A stretch of 64,000 bases of DNA. Source: Candidatus Uhrbacteria bacterium. GTDB lineage: Bacteria; Patescibacteriota; Patescibacteriia; UBA9934. The stretch is from assembly GCA_018664485.1 (NCBI GenBank), contig JABJOE010000006.1:71294-135293 (forward strand), in the 5' to 3' direction. This document shows positions 20,213 through 29,860 of the stretch, piece by piece; position 1 is the first letter of the stretch; each line of letters starts with the position of its first letter. A program made the translations under genes and the position numbers. Below the pieces are notes generated by a model. The model did no database searches, was not told where the DNA came from, and was given only the letters and a program-made list of their open reading frames with translations.

Positions 20213-21520
20213 TTATTCTACTCTGATATCAGCACCGATCGATGCAAGTTTTCCATAAAGATCCTCATATCCGCGATCCAAATGATGTACGCCATCAATC
20301 ATCGACTCCCCTTCCGCTACGAGTGCAGCAACTACGTACGCTAACCCGGCGCGAATGTCAGGCACTGTCATGTTTGCAGCCTTTAATTTGCTTGCCCCCT
20401 TGATCACTGCTGAATGCTGATAGTTCTGATCCTTGAATCGGCAAGGCAGCTCACCCAAACAACTACTGAACAACGTAATATCTGCGCCCATTCTCTTTAG
20501 AGCTTCCGTATAGCCAAATCGTTCTTGGTAAACAGTCTCGTGAACAACGGAAGTTCCGTCAGCTTGTGTTAACACAACTACGAATGGTTGCTGCCAGTCA
20601 GTTGAAAAACCTGGATGCGTATCTGTCTCAAGCTGTATACCTTTATAATTTCCGTTACCTCGGAATAGAATTCCATCAGGTTCAACGATGTATTCCCCAC
20701 CGATCATCCGTACGGCGTTTAAAAATGTAATCATCGAGCTGTGGCCAGCTCCTTCACAAAAAATCTCACCTTTCGTCGCAAGTGCTAACGCCGCAAAAGA
20801 CGCAGCCTCCAAACGATCCGCTAAAACACGATGCGTACAACCGTTCATCTTTTCCACTCCTACAATTTCGATGTGACGACCGGCTCCTCGCTCAACCACA
20901 GCTCCCATTTTCTGTAGCATCATTATCAGTGAAATGATTTCCGGTTCAATCGCGGCATTCTTAATAACAGTACGCCCCTTCGCCATCACCGCTGCAAACA
21001 AAATAGTTTCTGTTGCTCCAACTGATGGATACGCAAGCTCGATTCGAGCGCCCTTAAGTCCATCCGGTGCCGTTACGCGAATTGAATCTTCCCCCTCTTC
21101 AACTATCGCACCCATCTGCTTAAGCGCCTCAACATGAAAGTTTACAGGGCGTGGTCCAATATTGTCTCCATGTGCTCCACGGCCTGGCATTGGTACGTGA
21201 GCTTCTCCTACACGATGCAAAAGTGGTGCCACAGTTAGAATCGACAATCGATTTTTTCGTGTTAGCTCCATCGCACTTGTATTTTCGATCGTTGGAGTAC
21301 GTAGCTCGACCGTATGATCATGCACAGTAGTTGTAGCCCCGAACATTTCAACTAGCTCCCGCGCAATGTCGGTCTCCAGCTGAAGCGGCATGTTGGTTAA
21401 AATCACTGGCTCGTCAGTCAGAAGTGAAGCAATCATCATTTTAGATGCTGCATTCTTCGCTCCTGCGATTTTTACCTTTCCCTTGAGGGGTTTTCCACCC
21501 GTAATAAATAGTTTTTCCAT
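20213..21520 (-). CDS. murA: UDP-N-acetylglucosamine 1-carboxyvinyltransferase (MurA), Asp in place of the fosfomycin-target Cys
   Basis: 435 aa; GAKNAASKMMIASLL N-terminal motif; active-site loop PGRGAHGDNIGPRPV aligns to E. coli PGGCAIGARPV with Cys115 replaced by Asp. Confidence 0.88.
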   Translation of the reverse strand: MEKLFITGGKPLKGKVKIAGAKNAASKMMIASLLTDEPVILTNMPLQLETDIARELVEMFGATTTVHDHTVELRTPTIENTSAMELTRKNRLSILTVAPLLHRVGEAHVPMPGRGAHGDNIGPRPVNFHVEALKQMGAIVEEGEDSIRVTAPDGLKGARIELAYPSVGATETILFAAVMAKGRTVIKNAAIEPEIISLIMMLQKMGAVVERGAGRHIEIVGVEKMNGCTHRVLADRLEAASFAALALATKGEIFCEGAGHSSMITFLNAVRMIGGEYIVEPDGILFRGNGNYKGIQLETDTHPGFSTDWQQPFVVVLTQADGTSVVHETVYQERFGYTEALKRMGADITLFSSCLGELPCRFKDQNYQHSAVIKGASKLKAANMTVPDIRAGLAYVVAALVAEGESMIDGVHHLDRGYEDLYGKLASIGADIRVE

Positions 21521-21750
21521 ATCAGTACATACGTATTTGGACTATTTTCAGCTTATGGGGCCCCGCCACTCACTCAATGACCGAGTGGGGTTGTTTCGAG
21601 AGATGGCTCCCTGTGCACGCGACACAAGCCTCAAATACCTAAGTCCTTTACTAAGTCATGACAAGGATACCGCGAGGTGGCGGTAGTGGCAACCAATTGA
21701 CAACCCTTATATAAAGAGACATTGTATATAAACACTACAACTCGAGGCTG

Positions 21751-22146
21751 TTGATGAAGGATCCTCTCGACGAGATATTCAGTACTGGTGAAAAATGGGG
21801 CGTAACACCCTTTTCAATAATCGGCACGGTCTTGGCAGGCGTGGCATTCGGAGTCGCGGGCGAGATGGTTGGACTTATCAACGACCCCTTGGCAATATAC
21901 GTAGCTGAGCTTTGGGTCGCCGGAGCCGGCATCGCAGCTGGCGTCCATGGTGCAAAATTCGCTTCCGTCAATCCCTGGCAAAAAAATGTAGCTCACGCAC
22001 TACTCCTTACGTCATTCATCCTTGGCGTATTACCATTCGAGCCGGGAGCAACTATTTTGGCGTATGGAGGACTGGCCTTCGGCGCATCGTGGTTCGTAGC
22101 AACCATGCTATCTCCCCGTAAAGTGACCCCGCCGCACCCCCAGTGA
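21751..22146 (+). CDS. Hypothetical small membrane protein with GxxxG-rich helices
   Basis: 131-aa ORF with GAGG upstream; 3 predicted TM helices. Confidence 0.45.
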   Translation: MMKDPLDEIFSTGEKWGVTPFSIIGTVLAGVAFGVAGEMVGLINDPLAIYVAELWVAGAGIAAGVHGAKFASVNPWQKNVAHALLLTSFILGVLPFEPGATILAYGGLAFGASWFVATMLSPRKVTPPHPQ

Positions 22147-22388
22147 TCCCCAGCGATCACTCGTCGCCGCCCACGAGCCGCTCGCTTGTAGGGCGGTTCA
22201 TTGCATCCAAATTACTAAATATCAAGAACCAATTAACAAGTATCCAAACAAATCAATATAAAAAACTCTGAGGTGTATGAGATGTCGTTGAGACAAGAAT
22301 AAAGAAGATAAATAAAATTCACACAGGTGGATGAGATATCGATGAAGCAAAAAAGCGCAGCAAAAAAACATTCATATTTGTGGTCAAT

Positions 22389-22477
22389 TCTAGGCGCGGG
22401 GAAAGTGATGAGGAGACGTACTCATAGTACGTTGACGAATCACTGTGGCCCCGCAACAACGAAGTGGCCCAAATAGG
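22389..22477 (+). ncRNA. Structured RNA element (copy B of the multi-copy family) within an 800-bp ORF-poor intergenic region
   Basis: TAGGCGCGGGGAAAGTGATGAGGAGACGTACTCATAGTACGTTGACGAATCACTGTGGCCCCGCAACAACGAAGTGGCCCAAATAGG; nested helices GCGGGG/CCCCGC, AGTGAT/ATCACT, ACGTAC/GTACGT. Confidence 0.45.
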
Positions 22478-22962
22478 AATGTTTTTTCGACTCTTTGGTG
22501 CTTCAAGTAAACCGCTCGTAATATAGGTCTCCCTCTATATATGGGCAATACGTCCGAAATCGACGACCGATTGAGCAAGGGAACCTCTGCAAGCTGACAT
22601 GCAGTTTGCAAAAGGCCCTGGCCCAAGGCGACGTCACCCGACCGCGTGATAACCGCCGGATCCCCGCTGATCCCGCCCCCCTTACAACAATCGACTTCAT
22701 TCATCTTCTATAGGTAGACGAATTTAGTTTCGTACTACGTTTAGAATAAAAGGTAATTATTGGAAAAGGGGCGGGACAGCAAGACTACGTATTCTCGCAG
22801 ATAATTCAGTGTTAGCTGAACTCACGGATCCTTTCAATGTAAATTAGTCCAATTACGACACCATTTACCTGAAGCACTTATAGTATCCCACCCAAACTAA
22901 ACCTATGCAAGAAAAAACGGCAGATCTTATCCACCGTTTTTCCACTAACCGCACACAAGTTC

Positions 22963-23424
22963 TTACTCTCCGAAGTGGTACTGGTCAGTCAATTTCTTGT
23001 AGTCAAACAGCTCGTCAGCTTTGAAGAATCGATCAATCTCGATCTGAGCGTTCTCAGCTGTATCAGACGCGTGTGCAATGTTACCTGCAAGATCCATAGA
23101 GAAATCCGCTCGTACAGTTCCTGCATCAGCCTCACGTGGATTTGTAGATCCAAGGATCTTTCGCATCTCAGCGACAACATCGATCCCTTCAAAAACGATT
23201 GCAACCACTGGTGTCTGCATCATGAATTCTACAAGCCCCTTGTAAAAAGGCTTTTCTGTGTGGTGGCTGTAGTGCTCTGCCAAAGTCGTCTCATCAAGAT
23301 GAATCAACTTCATGGCAATAAACTTGAGACCTTTGCGCTCAAAACGGTGCAGTACGTCTCCAACTAGCTCACGCTGAACTGCGTCAGGCTTAAGTAGGAC
23401 TAGCGTTCGTTGAATATCAGGCAT
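22963..23424 (-). CDS. ndk: Nucleoside diphosphate kinase
   Basis: 153 aa; LVLLKPDAV, NIAHASD (NxxHGSD-like) motifs. Confidence 0.92.
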   Translation of the reverse strand: MPDIQRTLVLLKPDAVQRELVGDVLHRFERKGLKFIAMKLIHLDETTLAEHYSHHTEKPFYKGLVEFMMQTPVVAIVFEGIDVVAEMRKILGSTNPREADAGTVRADFSMDLAGNIAHASDTAENAQIEIDRFFKADELFDYKKLTDQYHFGE

Positions 23425-23502
23425 AAATAGTGCTTACAGACTTATGACCGTCCTTTTGGAAGGTCGAACTGATTAATCTTTGCGCGAATACTAGCAATGT
23501 AT

Positions 23503-24348
23503 TCAAAACAAGTCAATACGAATAGATCCGTCTAAATCTGTGCGCATAACCGGTATACCCAACCTCTCAAACCTATCTAAAATCACAGGATGAGGGTGGC
23601 CGTAACCATTTTCTCCCAGAGAGATGATCGCTAACTCTGGATTGATCGATTCGAGAAATGATAATCCAGAAGATGTCAGACTACCATGATGACCAACCTT
23701 TAAAATATCGACCTCCTGTAGTAGATTTTGAAAAATCGCCTCCTGCTCAACTCCAGCATCTCCTGTAAATAACATTGTACGATCACTAACCGTAAGAAGA
23801 GTTACAACAGAGCCATCATTTGGATCCTCGAGCCGTTCCCCGTCGTAAGCTTCTTCGGGGAAAACAACGCTCAATTCAATTTCCTCCCCCAACACAATTG
23901 AGTCACCAATTTCTACCGCGCGCATAGCCTCGAAAGACCACTCATCAAACAAAGAAGACGCCTGCGACGAATAAGTTTGCCCGGGAGTCCACACCTCACC
24001 GACATCATAACGCTCAAGTACCGGTAACAAACCATTCAGATGGTCAGCGTGTGGGTGTGTATTGACAACTAGATCAATTGAACGATCCCAAAAAGGCATA
24101 ACGCGAGTCAAATCTTCCACAATACTCCCAGATGGACCACCGTCTATTAAAACCTGACCATAGGGACAGTCCATAAAAATTCCGTCACCCTGCCCAACAT
24201 CAAAAACCCAAACGACACATCCGTCGACCCAAGGCATTCGCCCACCATCAAGCCACGGCGCAAGTGCCACAACACCAACGACAACTATACCGAGAAAGAC
24301 TTTAACAATACGCTTCGTGTCCATATACGTTTCATTAAAATTAGCCAA
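23503..24348 (-). CDS. ComEC C-terminal metallo-beta-lactamase domain protein (separate ORF)
   Basis: HPHADHLNGL and VGHHGS MBL motifs; N-terminal TM helix; overlaps the upstream ComEC membrane ORF by 64 nt in another frame. Confidence 0.7.
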   Translation of the reverse strand: MANFNETYMDTKRIVKVFLGIVVVGVVALAPWLDGGRMPWVDGCVVWVFDVGQGDGIFMDCPYGQVLIDGGPSGSIVEDLTRVMPFWDRSIDLVVNTHPHADHLNGLLPVLERYDVGEVWTPGQTYSSQASSLFDEWSFEAMRAVEIGDSIVLGEEIELSVVFPEEAYDGERLEDPNDGSVVTLLTVSDRTMLFTGDAGVEQEAIFQNLLQEVDILKVGHHGSLTSSGLSFLESINPELAIISLGENGYGHPHPVILDRFERLGIPVMRTDLDGSIRIDLF

Positions 24349-25574
24349 AGAATAAACAGAATTACTGAGAGCATCGCCGGCACATCAAAATATAGAGGCA
24401 GATCAGCGCCCTTTTCAACTATCCATAGCATCCAGTTCAAACCAGCCACTGTGGGGAGCGACGCAAGCCTTGCGATATCTACAGACAAGGGCGACACAAA
24501 AATAGATAGAGCGCCGCTTGCCATAACAAACGGCACAGCCGGAAGAATGAGTACATTTGTAAAAACGCTCACGAGTGAAATCTTCCCGAACTGAAATATT
24601 AAAATCGGAAAGCTCATTAACGTCGCCGCCAACGTTGAAGTTAAAGACTCCCGAATTAGAAATCTCTCTGGAATCCAGGTCCAACTAATTTTCCACTTTG
24701 GTGTTAGGCAAATAAGTCCGATCGTAGACAGAAAAGAAAGTCCGAATGCTGCGTCGTCTAAAAGAAGTCTTGGATTTATTGTGAGCATGATCGCTGCTGT
24801 AAGCAAAAGTACATTTGTCATCGTTGTCTTTCTTCCAACTTGATATGAAGTCATAACGAGCGCCCCCATCACTCCGGCGCGTATAACAGCCGTCTCAAAT
24901 CCTGCAAACAAAACGTAGCCCACGGTAGCCGCTATCAAAAATCCAAATGCCTTTCGACGCCGCATACCAAGTGTAGCTAGCACAAACGACGATATGATCA
25001 TCACCATTGATACATTGTAACCAGACGCTGCGACGATATGTGATGTGCCAGTGCGAATAAATAACTGCTCCCACCGATCTGAAAATCGTTTTTCGCCAAA
25101 CAGTAGCCCTGCAAGTAGCGATGCATGAGGCTCACCATAAGCTAGATCGATTGTCGCCATTACACCCGCCCTCCAATCCTGCAAAGTCCCCATCATAACG
25201 CCACCACGATCCTCTCCGATAACAATGGGCGTCTTGCGAGTAAAGCAAAGTCTATCGATACCTTTAGCTGCAAGATATCTGTCATATGCGAACCCTTCGA
25301 ATGGCTCGGGGGACGACATGTCACACATGAGTCGAACTCGATCACCGTAATGAACTAATGGGTAGCGAGGTATGAATGCCAAAAGACCATCTTCAAGCGT
25401 TATCTTCTGACGATCAACACCAACTTCCACCCGTAAAACTGTGCTCTCAACAAGGACTCCGTCTTCTTGCGGCACGCTCGATGCAACCGGAGAGAAAAAT
25501 ATCCCACGGACAGTCGCCACAACCAAAAACACCGCGCACAATGTACGCAGTGTCTGAGATGGTGTTAGGTTCAT
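24285..25574 (-). CDS. comEC: ComEC/Rec2 competence membrane channel domain (N-terminal OB + multi-TM competence region)
   Basis: 429 aa polytopic membrane protein with ComEC-like organisation; followed by the MBL-domain ORF. Confidence 0.65.
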   Translation of the reverse strand: MNLTPSQTLRTLCAVFLVVATVRGIFFSPVASSVPQEDGVLVESTVLRVEVGVDRQKITLEDGLLAFIPRYPLVHYGDRVRLMCDMSSPEPFEGFAYDRYLAAKGIDRLCFTRKTPIVIGEDRGGVMMGTLQDWRAGVMATIDLAYGEPHASLLAGLLFGEKRFSDRWEQLFIRTGTSHIVAASGYNVSMVMIISSFVLATLGMRRRKAFGFLIAATVGYVLFAGFETAVIRAGVMGALVMTSYQVGRKTTMTNVLLLTAAIMLTINPRLLLDDAAFGLSFLSTIGLICLTPKWKISWTWIPERFLIRESLTSTLAATLMSFPILIFQFGKISLVSVFTNVLILPAVPFVMASGALSIFVSPLSVDIARLASLPTVAGLNWMLWIVEKGADLPLYFDVPAMLSVILFILWLILMKRIWTRSVLLKSFSV

Positions 25575-26884
25575 AGCTTCGCGAAGTCCTCACCAACTTT
25601 AACGCGCGCAAAAACCGTAATTACTAAACTAGACAGACCTGCGATTATAAAGGCAACTGAAAGTGAAAAGTGTTGTGACAAAAAGAACATAGCAACCAGT
25701 AACGCTACGCGCCCGAAAGTTAACGAGACCTCACGGATAGTCGTGAATTCATCTATGTAATGTCCGCTATCAGCTGCCTTTTCATACATCATAGTATCAA
25801 GCGGTGTACGCATCATGATTGATCCGAACATGTGGAACGTTGACGCTGCGAACACACCACCTACCGACTGAACAAACGCCTTTACTATCCACCCCATCGA
25901 ATACAGATCAACACCGAATGCCAATAACTTCTTAGGGCGCTTTTTGTCTGTAAGATTTCCCATGAAAACCTGCAGCAACATTCCAACCAAAACAATTACA
26001 GATGAGAATATTCCTACATCCAAATAATCTCCATTGAAAATCATGAACAGAAATATTGGCCAAATAGCATACCCGACGATCGTCTCGATTCCAACGGCAA
26101 ACATCGACAAAGAGAGATATCTATACTTCTTAGCAAACACTTTTTGAAAAGTCTCTACAAAGCCAAACTCATACTGTACGTTCGTACGTGGAAAATATAG
26201 AAACGGGATCATGGACAAAAGAACAATCGCAATTCCAACGATAAATGCTGCCGAATAAGAATACTTTGCAATAATCAAACCTCCCGCTATCGGTCCAATA
26301 ACACTTATAAAACGTTGTGTTGCGTACAGTAGACCCAGCTGGTGCCCTCGTTTACCTTTTTTGGAAAACTTCGCGAAATCAATATGGTACGGAGACCAGT
26401 AAAATGCGTGACAGATAGCAAGCGCAAGGAATGACGCGAATAGAACAAGTGATGGATAGAATCCGGGCGCTACCTCGAGCACATACGCAGCACCATAGTA
26501 CATGGCCCACATCAATGTACCGACAACGAGAGAAATATTGAGACCCGTTTTTGAAAAGATTTTTGCTCCGATCGGAAAAAGTGGAATACGCATCCCTACC
26601 CCGATCGCGAACCATAAAAAATACATCTGCAGGTTCATCCCGACAAACTCATATAGAAAGATTGGGAAGAACATTCCAATGATCGCCGTTGCAGCATGAC
26701 CAATCACGCGATGTGATGCCAATGCAGAGAATGCACCAAGGTGACGTATATCGAAACGGTGACTCGACAGTGGAAATGATTGTTTATGATGTGAACGCAT
26801 AGAATGACCAAAGTATACCAGATACAAAACTCCCTTTGCAGGGAGGTCTGTATCTATTTTCTCAGTTGTAAACGAGTCGGTCAA
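25571..26884 (-). CDS. MFS-type transporter
   Basis: 437 aa, ~12 TM helices. Confidence 0.65.
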   Translation of the reverse strand: MTDSFTTEKIDTDLPAKGVLYLVYFGHSMRSHHKQSFPLSSHRFDIRHLGAFSALASHRVIGHAATAIIGMFFPIFLYEFVGMNLQMYFLWFAIGVGMRIPLFPIGAKIFSKTGLNISLVVGTLMWAMYYGAAYVLEVAPGFYPSLVLFASFLALAICHAFYWSPYHIDFAKFSKKGKRGHQLGLLYATQRFISVIGPIAGGLIIAKYSYSAAFIVGIAIVLLSMIPFLYFPRTNVQYEFGFVETFQKVFAKKYRYLSLSMFAVGIETIVGYAIWPIFLFMIFNGDYLDVGIFSSVIVLVGMLLQVFMGNLTDKKRPKKLLAFGVDLYSMGWIVKAFVQSVGGVFAASTFHMFGSIMMRTPLDTMMYEKAADSGHYIDEFTTIREVSLTFGRVALLVAMFFLSQHFSLSVAFIIAGLSSLVITVFARVKVGEDFAKL

Positions 26885-26906
26885 TACATTGTGTGGAGGG
26901 CTTAAG

Positions 26907-29843
26907 CTAAACTACGAAGTTCATCATCCTCCCCTTCACGTAGATAACCTTCTTTACCTCCCCCTCAACGAACTTTGCAACATTTTCGTTTGCTCTTGCA
27001 GCAGCCTCAACCTCTTGCTGCGGAGCGTCGGGTGCAACCTCGAGCGTTGCTCTTAATTTTCCATTTACCTGGACCGCGAGCGTAATAACATCATCAACCA
27101 CTTGTGACTCGTCATACGCAGGCCACTTTTGTTGCTCAACAAACCCTGTAGCTCCAAGGTTCTCCGCAACTTCGTTTGCGATATGAGGGGCGAATGGGCA
27201 CAGAGTATACATGAACATCAGCAAAGACTCTTTTGTAAGTGCCTTGTGTTTGTTTACGACATTAATGAACGTCATCATCTGGGCGACAGCTGTATTGAAT
27301 CGTAAATTCTCAATATCTTCTCCCACTTTCTTTACAGTTTTATGTAACGCCTTGGTCACTTCTTTATCTTCCGAGATTGATACCATGTCTGGAAGCCTTG
27401 CGACCTTATCCAAGAAACGTCGAGTACCGATCATACCCTTAGTATTCCATGGAGCCGGCTCTTCAAAAGGTCCAACGAACATTTCGTACATGCGCAGAGT
27501 GTCCGCACCGTACTTGTCGACTACCTCATCTGGATCAATTCCGTTACCCTTAGACTTGGACATCTTCGTACCATCTTCAGCAAGGATCAAGCCATGGCTA
27601 TGTCTACGAGCATAAGGTTCGCTCACCGGGACATGACCTCGGTCGAACATCACCTTGTTCCAAAAACGAGAATATAGAAGATGCAGAACCGTGTGCTCCA
27701 TTCCACCATTATATAAATCAATTGGCATCCAGTACTCAAGCTTCTTCATGTCTGCAAAAGCTTCGTCGTTATGTGGATCAATATATCGGAGGAAGTACCA
27801 AGATGACCCTGCCCAGTTTGGCATAGTATCAGTCTCACGTTTTGCAGGACCATTACATGTCGGACACTCCGTATTCACCCAGTCGGTAATCGCAGAGAGT
27901 GGAGACTCACCGTCGTCTGTTGGCTGGTACTGATCTACCTCTGGAAGCTCAACCGGGAGCTGATCCTCGGGAACCGGAATCCATCCACCAGTTTCGGGAG
28001 AACAAGAATCACAATGGATCAAAGGAATCGGTTCACCCCAATAACGTTGGCGGGAGAACACCCAATCTCGAAGTTTATAGTTTACTGTCTTTTTTCCATG
28101 ACCGTTCTTTTCAAGCCAGGCGATCATCTCTTCTTTTGCTTCGTCTACTTTTTTCCCATCCAAGAAGTCGGAGTTGACTGACAACCCTTCTCCAGCATAC
28201 GCCTCCGCGTCAACGGATCCGCCGGACACAACCTCAACGATCGGTAAATCAAACGCCTTTGCAAACGCCCAATCTCGCTCGTCATGCGCCGGCACTGCCA
28301 TAATTGCTCCCGTTCCATATCCCATCATCACATAGTCTGCTACCCAAACAGGAATCTGTGCACCATTAGCTGGATTTACAGCGTAAGCACCAGTAAATGC
28401 ACCTGTCTTTTCTTTTGTGCCATCTCCTCGATCAATGTCTGACTTTTTTGAAGCGGCCTTCACGTAGGCCTCAACTTCAGCGCGTTTGTCATCCGTAACA
28501 ATCGTACTTACTAACGGATGTTCAGGCGCCAACACCATGTACGTCGCACCAAACAATGTATCCGGCCGCGTTGTGAAGACTTCAATTGATGGAATCAGTT
28601 GCGACAAGATAACTGGCTCTTCCTTACCGTTAAAATGACCTACCTCAGCCTCTGCTACTACCAACTCTCCTCGAAGATTGTTTGCAATCTGTACCGGATG
28701 ATCTTGAGGAACTGCCGGATCATTTTTATCTGCCAAGACAGTAAACCGTTTTGCCATTTTACTTATCGCACCAAAATCAAACTTCCAGTCACAGCAATCT
28801 CGAAGTGCTGGGCGTTCTTTTCCGTCCAATAGCTCCACATTCACAGGAGGTGCCACCATAATCACATGGCTAACCGGCGTATCCAAAGTTGGAAGTAGCT
28901 TCATAGCTGCGACACCGCCGAGCGAATGCGTGATAACAATAGTCTTCTCATTAAACGTATAGCTTTCTTTGATAAACTTGATTTGTTCTTCAATGTTTGG
29001 CTCCGATGGATTTGGCAAGTCTAAAACAGTAACACTCGCTCCGCGCCCTTCAAGCTCAGCTGACAACCATGGCCAAAACGCTTCCTTAGAATCATCCCGA
29101 AAGGCATGCAATCCAAGGATATTGTAACCACTTAAATCTGTATCAACCGTAAAATCAACTTCAGCTCCTTCGCTCCGTCCAATCCAATCCTGCTGCTGCT
29201 TTTTAATCTTTGGAAGATAGTCCACTGTGTCTAAATCATCGAGTAACCGTTGAGCGTACTTTGTAATCGCAATCATCCATTGCTCTTTGTCGCGCTTTTC
29301 AACCTCTCCTCCGCAGCGCTCACAAGCACCACCTACAACCTCTTCATTTGAAAGACCGATCTTGCATGACACACACCAGTTGATAGCCATCTTATCTTTG
29401 TACGCAAGTCCTTCTTTGAAGAACTCCAAAAACTGCCACTGAGTCCACTTGTAATAAGACGGGTCGGTTGTGTTTACCTCTCGTGACCAATCAAAACTAA
29501 TTCCAAGCGACTGAAGCTGCCGGCGGAAGGTGTCGATATTTTCCTTTGTCACCTCCTGAGGCTTTCGACCAGTCTTAATTGCATAGTTCTCCGTTGGAAG
29601 CCCAAAAGCATCCCAGCCAATCGGGTACAGAACATTAAATCCCTCCATTCGTTTTTTGCGAGCAAGAATATCGAGCGCCGTGTAGCTTCGGGGGTGACCC
29701 ATGTGCAGGCCTGACCCTGACGGATACGGAAACTCAATCAAACAATAAAATTTCTCTTTGTCAGAAAAATCTTCGGCATGAAAAACGCCCTCATCCTCCC
29801 AGCGTTTTTGCCACTTCTTATCAATCGATGAATGGTTATACAT
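26907..29843 (-). CDS. leuS: Leucyl-tRNA synthetase with an inserted RBBP9/YdeN-like alpha/beta serine-hydrolase domain before the CP1 editing domain
   Basis: 978 aa; HMGH and KMSKS class I motifs, TTRPDT and AVPAHD editing-domain motifs, C-terminus ..KKVIYVKGRMMNFVV; ~180 extra aa (aa ~236-418) containing FWPWL, LPNP, ITHSLGG, KNDPAVP, VGHF. Confidence 0.93.
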   Translation of the reverse strand: MYNHSSIDKKWQKRWEDEGVFHAEDFSDKEKFYCLIEFPYPSGSGLHMGHPRSYTALDILARKKRMEGFNVLYPIGWDAFGLPTENYAIKTGRKPQEVTKENIDTFRRQLQSLGISFDWSREVNTTDPSYYKWTQWQFLEFFKEGLAYKDKMAINWCVSCKIGLSNEEVVGGACERCGGEVEKRDKEQWMIAITKYAQRLLDDLDTVDYLPKIKKQQQDWIGRSEGAEVDFTVDTDLSGYNILGLHAFRDDSKEAFWPWLSAELEGRGASVTVLDLPNPSEPNIEEQIKFIKESYTFNEKTIVITHSLGGVAAMKLLPTLDTPVSHVIMVAPPVNVELLDGKERPALRDCCDWKFDFGAISKMAKRFTVLADKNDPAVPQDHPVQIANNLRGELVVAEAEVGHFNGKEEPVILSQLIPSIEVFTTRPDTLFGATYMVLAPEHPLVSTIVTDDKRAEVEAYVKAASKKSDIDRGDGTKEKTGAFTGAYAVNPANGAQIPVWVADYVMMGYGTGAIMAVPAHDERDWAFAKAFDLPIVEVVSGGSVDAEAYAGEGLSVNSDFLDGKKVDEAKEEMIAWLEKNGHGKKTVNYKLRDWVFSRQRYWGEPIPLIHCDSCSPETGGWIPVPEDQLPVELPEVDQYQPTDDGESPLSAITDWVNTECPTCNGPAKRETDTMPNWAGSSWYFLRYIDPHNDEAFADMKKLEYWMPIDLYNGGMEHTVLHLLYSRFWNKVMFDRGHVPVSEPYARRHSHGLILAEDGTKMSKSKGNGIDPDEVVDKYGADTLRMYEMFVGPFEEPAPWNTKGMIGTRRFLDKVARLPDMVSISEDKEVTKALHKTVKKVGEDIENLRFNTAVAQMMTFINVVNKHKALTKESLLMFMYTLCPFAPHIANEVAENLGATGFVEQQKWPAYDESQVVDDVITLAVQVNGKLRATLEVAPDAPQQEVEAAARANENVAKFVEGEVKKVIYVKGRMMNFVV

Positions 29844-29860
29844 AGTCGTATTTTATATTT

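Noticed and set aside
22390-22704. 104-aa minus-strand ORF in the large intergenic region
   Set aside because: No RBS; Cys/Gly/Arg-rich, odd composition. The region looks like structured noncoding DNA containing an RNA element copy.
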